Below, piece after piece: positions 25,682 through 35,717 of a stretch of DNA of 64,000 nucleotides (position 1 is the stretch's first letter; the number at the start of each line of letters is the position of its first letter). The notes under the pieces were generated by a model. It was not told the DNA's origin and did no database searches. It worked only from the letters and a program-made list of their open reading frames with translations. The translations under genes were made by a program, and so were the position numbers. This stretch comes from a virus (Duplodnaviria; Caudoviricetes): IMG/VR virus record IMGVR_UViG_3300037453_000171, positions 1 to 64,000 of that record. One strand, given 5' to 3'.

Positions 25682-26428
25682 ATGAGTAGTATTCCTACTG
25701 GCAAGCACATCCTCACCGGTGTTTGCGAAATCAGTGTATCCTGTGGATACGATGGTGAGAACACGGCTGAAGGTATTCTCCTTACTATCGACGGGAGGAA
25801 TTATCTTGCTTATACCGATCCGGATGACGGATATCGTTCTTATGGTTGCTTCTTTCAGACTGATGAATACGATCAGAAGAATCCGTTCCCGTATCAGGAT
25901 GTCATCGTCGAGAACCGTCAGTGGGATGAGGAGGATGAAGATGGTTATTACCAGAAAGGCGATGAAGTAGTTATCTACAATGCCGAGGATCACAGCGAGA
26001 TCTTCCGCTGCGGTACCGACAGGAGTGATGACTATTATCCTTGCGGTTATTGGCATTATTATCCGCAGAATCTGCCTATCAACAAGCAAAAGAAGCAGGA
26101 AGAGGACGCCAAGAAGTTCGATGATGCACTGAATACCATGTATGAAGTGTTCGGACTTGAGAAACCCGAATGTCGTATTCCTACGGAGAAGAATCCTGAG
26201 ATTACGGAGTATGAGCAGCTGAAGCCTGGCTCTGATTCCGATGTTGATGCCTTGATTGCTACAATGGATCTCGATAAATGGGTCAGGTTCGAAGCAAAGA
26301 CTCGCGATGCGCTCAAGATCAAATTCCAGGAGGCATTCAAGCAGTTCATGGGTGATCAGTTCTGGCGCAAGAACACCATAGATCTGCTGTCTTTGTATGA
26401 TGCATTCAAAGATATTCTCGGATTATGA
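25682..26428 (+). CDS. Hypothetical acidic protein
   Basis: 248 aa; DPDDGYRS and DDYYP motifs. Confidence 0.75.
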   Translation: MSSIPTGKHILTGVCEISVSCGYDGENTAEGILLTIDGRNYLAYTDPDDGYRSYGCFFQTDEYDQKNPFPYQDVIVENRQWDEEDEDGYYQKGDEVVIYNAEDHSEIFRCGTDRSDDYYPCGYWHYYPQNLPINKQKKQEEDAKKFDDALNTMYEVFGLEKPECRIPTEKNPEITEYEQLKPGSDSDVDALIATMDLDKWVRFEAKTRDALKIKFQEAFKQFMGDQFWRKNTIDLLSLYDAFKDILGL

Positions 26429-26494
26429 TCAGCAAACTTATCGGTATAGCGCTGGTATTACTGGCGCTATACTGTCTTATTTCAGCGTTTTCTT

Positions 26495-26698
26495 ATGGAT
26501 TACATCCTGAAAAATACGAAGACAATGACGAAAGAACAGAAAACTGAATTGGCTCGTGAGCTGTACGAGAATATGACAATCACCAAGGAACAGTATATCG
26601 AGCTCTGCAAACTGTGTGACGAATTAGATCTGTCTCCCGGAGCTGCGCCTTCCGAGCCGGAAGAACCCTCCTGGGATGATATCATCGATAGTATTTAA
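26495..26698 (+). CDS. Hypothetical protein
   Basis: Small ORF; start is probably MTKEQK. Confidence 0.55.
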   Translation: MDYILKNTKTMTKEQKTELARELYENMTITKEQYIELCKLCDELDLSPGAAPSEPEEPSWDDIIDSI

Positions 26699-26717
26699 CC
26701 TTAAAACATTTTCGAAA

Positions 26718-26873
26718 ATGAAGAAGTATTATGTTGCCCGCACTTATGACAGCGGCCTGACCACTCCTACCGTCGTCTTCATGACTGACATCCTCGAGGA
26801 CGCCAAGGCATATGCCGGTATCATGGAGAGGGCTGAAGGAAAGACGTATTCTGTTCTCGTTCTCGCTGAGTAA
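26718..26873 (+). CDS. Hypothetical protein
   Basis: MKKYYVARTY...; coupled to the next ORF. Confidence 0.55.
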   Translation: MKKYYVARTYDSGLTTPTVVFMTDILEDAKAYAGIMERAEGKTYSVLVLAE

Positions 26874-27169
26874 TGAAACGGATGCTTATGTTTACGGTGG
26901 CGCTCTTGATGGGCGCTGCCGTATTTGCTCAGGATTATCAGCTGAACGGTAAGGAATTTTCTTCCGTTAAGAAAGAAAGGACAAAATCTGAATCCGCTGA
27001 TAAGAAGACCGGTTATACTTGGAAGAATTCCAAGGGCAAGGTGTATGACATCTATATCACTCCGAGGGGTGCTTGTTATATTATCTGCGTTTCTTCTAAG
27101 ACTGGTAAGGAATACAAGTCCTATCTTCCGAAAGAGGTCGCTGCGGAAATCAAAAAAGAAATGAAATAA
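26873..27169 (+). CDS. Small exported protein
   Basis: Sec signal MKRMLMFTVALLMGAAVFA followed by Q, the Bacteroidota-style Gln after the cleavage site. Confidence 0.65.
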   Translation: MKRMLMFTVALLMGAAVFAQDYQLNGKEFSSVKKERTKSESADKKTGYTWKNSKGKVYDIYITPRGACYIICVSSKTGKEYKSYLPKEVAAEIKKEMK

Positions 27170-27210
27170 AACAAAAACAATTTTGTTTCTTTGACTGATT
27201 ATCAGTATAT

Positions 27211-27780
27211 TTGTCTATGCAGAAAAACATAATATATACTCCTGAAGTCAAGTTTTGCGTGCGTTATTTGCTGGGTCACGGCGTCGATGCCTTTAATTTC
27301 GGCGCCGTCCAGCTCTCGCTTGATGAAAGCGATGCCCAGTATACGCTCGTGAAAGTGAAGAAGGACTCGTTCTTTGATGAGCTCGCAAGTAAACTGCGAG
27401 ATCTCTGGCCTCCTGGTGGACGAATGATTGGAGGGAAAGAATATCCATGGCGCGATTCCGTGGAGAATATATCCAAGCGCCTGATGGCTATGTGGGCTGA
27501 ACGCTTTCCTAAATCCGACAAGCAGTTTACCATTGAGGATTGTCTGTCTGCTGCTCGTGCTTATCTCGCCCAATACGAGAATGACACCAAGTATATGCTG
27601 TCCGTAAATAAATTTATCTGGAAGCAGCGAAACCTTGTGATGAGTAACGGGCTGATCAAACATGTCATGGAATCCAGGCTGGCGGATATGCTCGAAGGCA
27701 AGATCGAATACCAGAAGATCGATGACGAGTGGAATGACATTCTGAATTCTGCTACTGAAGATGATGGAGAAATAATTTAA
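27211..27780 (+). CDS. Hypothetical replication-associated protein
   Basis: Precedes DnaB; TATATTTG at 27206-27213 suggests the start is ATG 27217. Confidence 0.6.
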   Translation: MSMQKNIIYTPEVKFCVRYLLGHGVDAFNFGAVQLSLDESDAQYTLVKVKKDSFFDELASKLRDLWPPGGRMIGGKEYPWRDSVENISKRLMAMWAERFPKSDKQFTIEDCLSAARAYLAQYENDTKYMLSVNKFIWKQRNLVMSNGLIKHVMESRLADMLEGKIEYQKIDDEWNDILNSATEDDGEII

Positions 27781-27785
27781 CAGAT

Positions 27786-30023
27786 ATGATATCAGGAGCT
27801 AATTCATCCGAGAAGGAATTCATTGAAGAACTTGAACAGTTCGGAGGTGATTCCGGAGCGCGTTCCACTGATTCTGTCATTGACAAATTGGAAGAACGCA
27901 GAAAGAATGCCATGCGTGGCGGCGTCAACTGTATTCCATTTCCATTCGAGAGATTCCGTTCCGAGATTCCAGGAATAGAACAGGAACAGTATGTCATCAT
28001 CACGGCATCGACCAAGGTCGGCAAGTGCTTCGGTAAAGGTACTCGTGTTCGTATGGCTGACAACACAATCAAAAACATTGAAGATATTCAAGTTGGCGAT
28101 TGGGTTATGTCACCAGATGACGAAAAGCCTAAACAGGTGCTTTCTGTTAACAGTGGACGAGAACAATTGTATCGAATTCACAGTGAAACTCACGATGACT
28201 TAATTGTAAATGAGAGTCATATTATGTATTTATACAAGCCTAAGCGTACCCATAGAAATGCAAGGTATTTTACTGAAACAATTGGCAATCTTATTGAAAA
28301 GCAAAGAACTGTCAAAACATTCAAGAAAGAATATCTTGCTGTAGCATCAGATGAATGCGATTTTGGATTCGATATTTCGCTTCCAATTGAACCGTATTTC
28401 TATGGTTTATGGCTTGGTGATGGTGCAACGCAAGGATGCGATATTACAACGGCTGATCCGGAAGTTGTCGAGTATCTCAGACAGTATGCCGATAGACTCG
28501 GAATGAAGGTTTCAGAATATACCCATAAATCTTGTGGAAGATATAATATCTGTCGTAAGTCACATAAAGATAAGCTTGGGTTTGAAAAGCGATTAGTCGT
28601 TGTAACTGGCAAGCAAAAAGAGCACATCAATCGCGATTATCTGAATGCTTCGGTTCAAGAAAGATATGAGCTTTTGGCTGGATTGATTGATTCCGACGGC
28701 TATCTTAATCATGCTGGAACCGGATACAAGATAACGATGAAATATCTGTCTTGTATCAAAGATATTCAGGAACTGGCTCGAAGTCTTGGTTTATCTGCTC
28801 ATGTAAATAAGAAATACAATTCTAAGTTAGACCGGTATTATTATATACTCAGTTTATACGGAAAGAATTGTACAAAGATTCCGGTTAAGATTCCAAGAAA
28901 GAAATGCCGTCTTACTTGTAAAGATTCGCATCATTTTTCGTTTTCAATTGAACCAATCGGCGAAGGAGATTATTATGGCTTGACTTTAGGCGGTAATCAT
29001 CTGTTCTTGCTTGAAGATTATACGGTTGTTCATAATTCCCAGCTCGCAAACTATCTGTATCTCTACAATGTACTGGATTATTGTTTCCTGCATCCTGAAA
29101 AATGCTCGTGTCACATAATCTATTTCGCACTGGAGGAATCCGTGCAGCGCGTCATCGAGAGATATATGTCCCATCTGCTGTGGAAGCTTGACGGAAAACG
29201 GTTTGCACCTGCTGATTTGCGTTCTACTTCCGTAGATTATCCTGTTCCGAAGGAAATCATAGATCTGCTCAAGTCCGAGAAATATCAGGAACGGTTCAGG
29301 TTCTTCGAGAAATGCGTTCAGTTCGATACGGAAAACACCAATCCGACAGGTATCCTTCGCACCTGTGAGGAGTATGCGAAAGCCGTGGGCACTTACAAGT
29401 CCAATACTATCACATCCCACTCCGACTGGACTAAGGAAGTAGAGGTATTTGATGATTATATCCAGGATGATCCGAATCATTACAAGATATGCATCATAGA
29501 TCATATTTCTTTGGTTGACAAGGAGCAGGGATTTGGCAAGAAGGAAACCATCGATAAGGTGTCGGAGTATTTCGTCAAGTATCTGCGCAATCGTTACAAG
29601 TATACCTGTGTTGTCATCCAGCAGCAGTCTGCGGAAGCGGAAGGTCTTGAAGCGATGAAGCAAAAGCGTATCGTTCCGAGCAATGCAACCGGTGGTGATT
29701 CGAAGTATACTTTCCGGGATTGTAATATCGCTCTTGGCTTGTTTGATCCGTCCAGATTAGGCTTATCCACTTACAAAGGCTATGACATAGCTGATGGGCT
29801 GAAAAGCTATGGACGGTTCATGAACGTCATTGCCAACCGTGACGGAGAGATGGGCGGTATATGTCCACTTTTCTTCGATGGTGCAGTGTGTAATTTCGAG
29901 GAACTGCCCAGACCTGATGACGTATCGGAAATCAGAAAATACTACGACAAGGTGAATGACCTGAAATCCTGGAAACAACAGAAGAAACTACAACAACTGT
30001 CCTTGTTTAACTTTTTCAAATGA
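27786..30023 (+). CDS. dnaB: DnaB-like replicative helicase (intein-containing)
   Basis: Walker A ASTKVGK|S, YFALEE, IIDHI, VVIQQ, IANRDG. Confidence 0.88.
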   Translation: MISGANSSEKEFIEELEQFGGDSGARSTDSVIDKLEERRKNAMRGGVNCIPFPFERFRSEIPGIEQEQYVIITASTKVGKCFGKGTRVRMADNTIKNIEDIQVGDWVMSPDDEKPKQVLSVNSGREQLYRIHSETHDDLIVNESHIMYLYKPKRTHRNARYFTETIGNLIEKQRTVKTFKKEYLAVASDECDFGFDISLPIEPYFYGLWLGDGATQGCDITTADPEVVEYLRQYADRLGMKVSEYTHKSCGRYNICRKSHKDKLGFEKRLVVVTGKQKEHINRDYLNASVQERYELLAGLIDSDGYLNHAGTGYKITMKYLSCIKDIQELARSLGLSAHVNKKYNSKLDRYYYILSLYGKNCTKIPVKIPRKKCRLTCKDSHHFSFSIEPIGEGDYYGLTLGGNHLFLLEDYTVVHNSQLANYLYLYNVLDYCFLHPEKCSCHIIYFALEESVQRVIERYMSHLLWKLDGKRFAPADLRSTSVDYPVPKEIIDLLKSEKYQERFRFFEKCVQFDTENTNPTGILRTCEEYAKAVGTYKSNTITSHSDWTKEVEVFDDYIQDDPNHYKICIIDHISLVDKEQGFGKKETIDKVSEYFVKYLRNRYKYTCVVIQQQSAEAEGLEAMKQKRIVPSNATGGDSKYTFRDCNIALGLFDPSRLGLSTYKGYDIADGLKSYGRFMNVIANRDGEMGGICPLFFDGAVCNFEELPRPDDVSEIRKYYDKVNDLKSWKQQKKLQQLSLFNFFK
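28026..29036 (+). mobile_element. Intein (337 aa) with LAGLIDADG endonuclease
   Basis: CFGKGT...ESH...VVHN followed by Ser; GLWLGDG and LAGLIDSDG motifs; inserted in Walker A. Confidence 0.93.
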
Positions 30024-30274
30024 ACGAAGAGAAAGTATTGCTAAACATCACCGATAACGGTGAGAGTATGTGTGTTGACTTTCGAGTAAAGAATGCACGA
30101 GACTTGTTTAACATCTCTACTGCCATCGCAAGATTGCTGGTCGATAATCCGTCTTTTGCAGCTGGACTGATGACTGTAACGAAGTTGATGGAGGAAGATG
30201 AGGAATTTAGAACTGAACTTGAAAAATGTACTGTTGATTTAACACAATTTGAAAACATTCTGAAAAATGAGTAG
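30020..30274 (+). CDS. Hypothetical protein
   Basis: 84 aa, overlapping its neighbours. Confidence 0.6.
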   Translation: MNEEKVLLNITDNGESMCVDFRVKNARDLFNISTAIARLLVDNPSFAAGLMTVTKLMEEDEEFRTELEKCTVDLTQFENILKNE

Positions 30275-30758
30275 AGGTAAAGACATCACCACTCAGGAAG
30301 TCGCCGAGATCAAAAGTTTTCTCCGCGACGGATGCAACTACGAAGAGATTGCCGAACTGATGGGTCGTACTCCAAAGGCAATCAGGAACATCTGCTGGCG
30401 TTTTGGTTTAACCAATGGCAGGTATAAGGAAGACGTAGAAGAACCCAAGCAGGAAACTTCTCTCTTCGATTCCGTCATCGAGAAGATGAACAAGAACGCA
30501 TCGTTTACTTCCGACGTGACCACTGACGAGCCTCGAGAGAGTGCTACGGTTGAGGACATCATCGAGCAGGCCAAACCGGAGCCGGAGGTTGTCTACAAGG
30601 AGAAGATCGTTTACAAGGAGAAGTCCCTTAATGAGTTCTCGTTCAGGGAAATCTGCAGGAACCTGTATGACAGGGGTTATCGTCTCACGGATCCTAACGC
30701 CGTGTACTGCATCGTGAAACAGCCGGTTAACATAAAAGATATCATTGCCAATGGCTAA
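30267..30758 (+). CDS. HTH DNA-binding protein
   Basis: NYEEIAELMGRTPKAIRN. Confidence 0.65.
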   Translation: MSRGKDITTQEVAEIKSFLRDGCNYEEIAELMGRTPKAIRNICWRFGLTNGRYKEDVEEPKQETSLFDSVIEKMNKNASFTSDVTTDEPRESATVEDIIEQAKPEPEVVYKEKIVYKEKSLNEFSFREICRNLYDRGYRLTDPNAVYCIVKQPVNIKDIIANG

Positions 30759-31557
30759 AGAAATCATTCTTCCTACCGAAAGGCAGAAGCCGGAGAACTA
30801 TAATCCCAAATTGCTCGTTCTCTTTGGCTTGCCTAAATCTGGTAAGAGCAGTGCAGTAGCATCTCTTGACAATAATCTTGTCATTGATTTAGAAGACGGC
30901 TATCGCGCGCTCTCCGTGATGCGTGTCAAGGCATCAAATATTCAGGAAATCTTCGCGGTTCGCGCCGCATTGGACAAGAAGATGAAGGAGACGGGCAAAG
31001 TCCCGTACAAATTCATCACCATTGACAATGCCACTCGACTCGAAGAGATGTCTCTCGTCTATGCCGCACAGCTGTATCGTTCTCTTCCTCTTGCTGCCAA
31101 CTGGGGTATGAAGAAGGACAAGAATGGTAATATTCTTCGCGTGGATGGCAAGCCAGTTCCCGATCCGAAGGCAGATGTCCGTACTCTTCCGAATGGTGCT
31201 GGCTATCTGTATCTTCGCAAGGCACTGAAGGAGGTGATCCATATGTTCCGTGATTATTGCGAAACTCTGATTCTCGTTTGCCATGTCAAGGATCGTCAGA
31301 TCCAGATGAATGGCGCCGAAAGTACGGAACTTGTTGTTGACCTTGCCGGTAAACTGGGTGATATCATTTGTGGCGAAGCCGACGCAGTAGGCTATATCTA
31401 TCGCGAAGGCAGAAAGACAATTGTTTCATTTGAAGGCGGCGAAGGTCATATCCGTGAAGCAAGGCCGGTTCATCTTCGTGGAAAGTCGTTTGTTGTCGGC
31501 GAATCCGATGAACAGAACAACTTGAAGATGGATATGTCTAAAATCTTCATTCAATGA
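30745..31557 (+). CDS. AAA_24/Sak4-like ATPase
   Basis: GLPKSGKS, IDLEDG, ITIDN, ILVCH. Confidence 0.8.
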   Translation: MPMAKEIILPTERQKPENYNPKLLVLFGLPKSGKSSAVASLDNNLVIDLEDGYRALSVMRVKASNIQEIFAVRAALDKKMKETGKVPYKFITIDNATRLEEMSLVYAAQLYRSLPLAANWGMKKDKNGNILRVDGKPVPDPKADVRTLPNGAGYLYLRKALKEVIHMFRDYCETLILVCHVKDRQIQMNGAESTELVVDLAGKLGDIICGEADAVGYIYREGRKTIVSFEGGEGHIREARPVHLRGKSFVVGESDEQNNLKMDMSKIFIQ

Positions 31558-32645
31558 CACGAGATGAGCTTCAGGAGTTTGCCGCGAGACGGCTAGAAAA
31601 CGAGAAGCGTCTTATAGCACAGTGGTGTACAGGTTTGGGGAAAAGCAAGATAGTTCTGAATTTCTTACAGAAACATCCTGGATTCCAATGTCTGATTCTT
31701 GTTCCGGAATTAAATAATATCGAAAACTGGTTGGTTGAGTTCGAGAAGTTCAATGTTTCCGCAGATAATGTGATGATCTCCTGCTATGCATCCTTCCATA
31801 AGCATTATGATACCCGATGGGATCTGCTTGTATTTGATGAGATGCCGCATGTAGACACCGAAAAACGTCTGGCTATCTGTAATTCGGTTTCTGGAGAGTA
31901 TATCCTTGCTCTCGGCGCGGTGATTACGGAAGAAGAAAGGAATTCGCTCGAAACGGTTTATGGTGCATTTGGTAAGACCTCGTGCAGTTTGCCCTGGGCA
32001 ATCAAGAACAAGTTGCTTCCAACTCCGCAGTTCAATGTCTTCTATCTTAAACTCGATGATGTCGACAAGAGATACGAGTATAAAGGGAAGATGTATACCG
32101 CCAAGCAGAGATATGACTGGATACAGCGAAAATCCGAAGAAGCCAAACGAATCTATGATCTGGCATCGAACAAATACAATCTGAACAGGATGCTTCTCAT
32201 GGGTGCTGAAAGGAAACGGTTCCTCGGACAGTTCAAGGAAGATGCCTTGCGCAGACTGTGCGACCAGCTGTGTTTAAAGAAGAAACGCTTCATTTGCTTC
32301 TGTTCGTCCATAGAACAGGCTAACAAGATCGGGAAGGATCACGCTTTCACGTCCAAGACCCCCACTTCGGCGAAGCTCCTCGACAAGTTTAACAACCACG
32401 AAATAGATTCATTATATGTGGTTGGAAAACTTATCGAGGGACAGAACTTGAAAGATATCGAAGTGGGAGTAATCGGACAGCTTGGCGGAACCGACAGGAT
32501 TACTGTTCAGCAGTGTGGACGAATCATGCGCAGTGAAAATCCGGTCATTTATGTACTCGTATTCAACGATACACAAGACAACAAGTTCCTGCGTACTCTA
32601 ACATCCAATGTTCCAAAGGATTACATCAAAGAATTCCAATTCTAA
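31554..32645 (+). CDS. Superfamily 2 helicase-like protein
   Basis: TGLGKS, VFDEMPH, LIEGQNL, QQCGRIMR. Confidence 0.8.
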   Translation: MTRDELQEFAARRLENEKRLIAQWCTGLGKSKIVLNFLQKHPGFQCLILVPELNNIENWLVEFEKFNVSADNVMISCYASFHKHYDTRWDLLVFDEMPHVDTEKRLAICNSVSGEYILALGAVITEEERNSLETVYGAFGKTSCSLPWAIKNKLLPTPQFNVFYLKLDDVDKRYEYKGKMYTAKQRYDWIQRKSEEAKRIYDLASNKYNLNRMLLMGAERKRFLGQFKEDALRRLCDQLCLKKKRFICFCSSIEQANKIGKDHAFTSKTPTSAKLLDKFNNHEIDSLYVVGKLIEGQNLKDIEVGVIGQLGGTDRITVQQCGRIMRSENPVIYVLVFNDTQDNKFLRTLTSNVPKDYIKEFQF

Positions 32646-32672
32646 CAAAGTTACTTTAATATTAAAACCGAT

Positions 32673-33182
32673 ATGGTTACAGACAAACTCGCAAAAGAAT
32701 TCGAGAAGATTCGCGCTTCTCTTGGCAAATCGAAGAAACTTATTCTTGCCGACATTGACAAAATCGATGAGAAATACCGCAAGCTCGCGCAGGAAGAAAA
32801 GAAGAATCTGACGGAAAGTCTCGGTGTGCTGAATGATCAGCTGAAGTATTACGACATGATGCTCGGCGTGAGTGTCAGCAAGGACGATGCTTCCGATGAA
32901 TTCGTAGAACCGGATTACACCGAGGAGCCTCCCGTGCTTGACGAAGAACCCGCTATCGTCGATACGATCTTCCCAGACAATCTCGACAATGTTTCTTCCA
33001 GTGACGAAGATAAGAAGGAGGAGACTTTCGTCGAATCTGCTTCCGTCGAACCGGCTACGGTCATCGAAGATATCCCCGAGGTAAAAGAAGAGAAGGAGAA
33101 GGTTGTTGTTAACGCCGAATGGCCTGACAACGACAATCTCAAGATCGGTGAAGATGGATGGCCTGAGTGGCCCGAAGCCTAA
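32673..33182 (+). CDS. Coiled-coil protein with acidic tail
   Basis: 169-aa ORF. Confidence 0.65.
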   Translation: MVTDKLAKEFEKIRASLGKSKKLILADIDKIDEKYRKLAQEEKKNLTESLGVLNDQLKYYDMMLGVSVSKDDASDEFVEPDYTEEPPVLDEEPAIVDTIFPDNLDNVSSSDEDKKEETFVESASVEPATVIEDIPEVKEEKEKVVVNAEWPDNDNLKIGEDGWPEWPEA

Positions 33183-33210
33183 TTGTTTAACCCTTTAATG
33201 TTTTACATAT

Positions 33211-34149
33211 ATGATCAGTAATACTTCCAAATCCAAGAATGCGCCCTCCGGTGCAGATTTCTCCGACATCCGCAAGTTCATCGGCGTTGCGTCCATCAAT
33301 GTGCTTGCCGTCAATCCCAACAACTCCAAGCTCCGCTCCTATGGTTGGACTATTCCGGAGGATGCCGAGGAACCCAAGTATCAGACTGTAGATTCCGAAG
33401 GCAGGAAATCTGCCCGCCTTCGTTTGCTTGCACAGATCAATGACCTGGATGAGAAGCCGGTTATCGCTCTCGATTTCTGGGTGCGTCCGGATGTCATGTT
33501 CAACAAGGACCAGACCAAGTGTAAGGTGATCGATGCCTATGGTCGTACCGCCTATGGTACGAAGTCCGAAGTGCAGGCACATCAGATTCCGCAGTATGCC
33601 AATGGCCCCGCCAACATCTCTCCCAACTATAAGCCCTGCCACAACGGCGAGGAGGAGATCGTGAACTTCCTCATCAAGTATTTGAATGTCACTCCGCTCC
33701 AGATTTTCGATCGCGTGAAGCAGACCTGGATTCCTACCAAGGACCCGGGCACTGTTACGATTGACAACTGGAAGCGTCTGTGCGACGGTGATACCTCCGA
33801 GATCAATGCTGCTCTCGCCTTGCAGCCCGACAATCGCGTGAAGGTCGTTCTCGGTATCCGCACCACGGATGACAACAAGTCTTATCAGACTTTCCTTTCT
33901 ACGGCTTTCATCGGTAACGGTGCGGTTCCTAACCGTGATACCGGCGAGTATGCCACTGCCCGCAAGGCTATCGACAGATGGGCTGAAGGTCATCCGAATA
34001 CGACGATTGATTTCTCCGCTCTTCCGGTTCATGAGTGGAATGTCACCGCTACTGAAGTGAAGGAGAATCCCGTAAGTGATCTTCCCGATTTCGGCAGCTC
34101 GGAGTATACCCGTACCGATGTGGAGGATCTCCCCTTCGCTACGTTCTAA
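33211..34149 (+). CDS. Putative single-stranded DNA-binding protein
   Basis: Acidic C-terminus ending EDLPF(ATF); precedes the primase. Confidence 0.55.
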   Translation: MISNTSKSKNAPSGADFSDIRKFIGVASINVLAVNPNNSKLRSYGWTIPEDAEEPKYQTVDSEGRKSARLRLLAQINDLDEKPVIALDFWVRPDVMFNKDQTKCKVIDAYGRTAYGTKSEVQAHQIPQYANGPANISPNYKPCHNGEEEIVNFLIKYLNVTPLQIFDRVKQTWIPTKDPGTVTIDNWKRLCDGDTSEINAALALQPDNRVKVVLGIRTTDDNKSYQTFLSTAFIGNGAVPNRDTGEYATARKAIDRWAEGHPNTTIDFSALPVHEWNVTATEVKENPVSDLPDFGSSEYTRTDVEDLPFATF

Positions 34150-35174
34150 TGATTACCAAGACCAAGAAAACGAGTCTGCCCATACACCGTGAGGATGTAT
34201 CCATCACCGATGCGGAGATCATCACGAGGTATATGGGTATAGACTCGTTTCCTTGTTCCATCTCTTCCCCGCTCCGTGATGATGACCATAATCCGTCCTT
34301 CTCCATGATGGAAACGGAGGACGGAACGGTCATCTGGAAGGATTTCGGAACGGGTGCTGCAGGTAATGCGACATCCTTGATGGCCAAGCTGTGGAACGTG
34401 ACCTATTCCGAGGCTCTCCTGAAGATCAAGATGGATACCGGCTACCAGATACCGCGCATCAGTCTGGTCAGGAGATACAAGGGCAAGGTGCATATCACCA
34501 AGAATTCGACCATCAGGGTGCGAATCCGTGAATGGAAGGACTGGGACAGGGAGTATTGGAAAAGCTTTGGTATCACCGAGAAATTCGCAAGATGGTGTAA
34601 TGTCTATCCCATATCCCACGCATTCTTCACGAAGGATGACAAGGACGGCGTTACACATACCGTATCCATTCCGATGGACAAATATGCCTATGCCTACTTT
34701 GAATGGAAGGACGGGAAGGAAAGCATCAAGCTGTATCAGCCTTATTCCGCTACGATGAAATGGCTGTCCAAGCACGATGCGTCAGTGTGGGATTTGTGGA
34801 AACACGCATTCAGATGGGCGGACATGAATACGGACGAAGCGGTGATTATCACTTCTTCCAGGAAAGATGCGATGTGCCTGTGGGAGAACCTTGCGGTACC
34901 GGCTATGGCATTGCAGGGTGAAGGCTATCTGCCCAAACCGCAGGTCATGAAACAGGTGCTTGAACGGTTCAAAACGGTATATCTGTGGTATGACAATGAT
35001 TTCAAGCACAAGGATGACAATCCCGGTCAGGACAACGCGAGGAAACTGATCGAGCTGTATCCGCAATTACACAACATCTGTATTCCTGATGAATATCAGT
35101 GCAAGGACCCGAGCGATCTGTATAAATCAAAGGGTTTGACCGCTCTTCAGGAAGTATGGAATAAACAAAAATAA
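34149..35174 (+). CDS. DNA primase (TOPRIM)
   Basis: SPLRDDDHNPSF...WKDFG N-terminus, TSSRKD, YDND, KDPSD. Confidence 0.85.
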   Translation: MITKTKKTSLPIHREDVSITDAEIITRYMGIDSFPCSISSPLRDDDHNPSFSMMETEDGTVIWKDFGTGAAGNATSLMAKLWNVTYSEALLKIKMDTGYQIPRISLVRRYKGKVHITKNSTIRVRIREWKDWDREYWKSFGITEKFARWCNVYPISHAFFTKDDKDGVTHTVSIPMDKYAYAYFEWKDGKESIKLYQPYSATMKWLSKHDASVWDLWKHAFRWADMNTDEAVIITSSRKDAMCLWENLAVPAMALQGEGYLPKPQVMKQVLERFKTVYLWYDNDFKHKDDNPGQDNARKLIELYPQLHNICIPDEYQCKDPSDLYKSKGLTALQEVWNKQK

Positions 35175-35481
35175 AAACAAAATCATGAAAAAGTATCATG
35201 TTGTTTACCGTTCCAAGATGGACGGAGATTGCTGCACTGTCTGGACTTATGCCAGTAATGAGGAAGATGCGGTGCAGATCATTGAACACGAATACTGGGA
35301 TGTGGATTCCATCATAGAAGTCTATTGATATGTACGAACTGTATTATTTCATTCCTTGGCCTTACAGCCAGAATGTACGCGAACTTGATCCGGGCAGACT
35401 TCACTGGTCGTTTACTGACTCCGATTTTACTGCTGGATGTTTCGTCGAGAAAGAATGGTGGGATTCAATACCGGGTTGATA

Positions 35482-35717
35482 TGGATCTGAATAACAAACA
35501 AGAAGTTGCACAGCATATCCAGAATGGAATGCCGTGTTATTACAGATATGGCTTCAGATGGAAGGGAGCCGGTATCCGTCCTATCAGCAGCGCAGAGGCG
35601 TTAAAATTACTTCCTAATTACAGCCCGGGAATCGGATTCTGGGAATTGCGCGAGGAAACTATCAAGAATTGCCCGGCGCTTGTCTTTAATGAATATAGCG
35701 AAAACGATTTGCTATAA
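35482..35717 (+). CDS. Hypothetical protein
   Basis: MDLNNKQEV...; two further ORFs of about 48 aa lie at roughly 35185-35480, so the track start at 35325 is probably too early. Confidence 0.5.
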
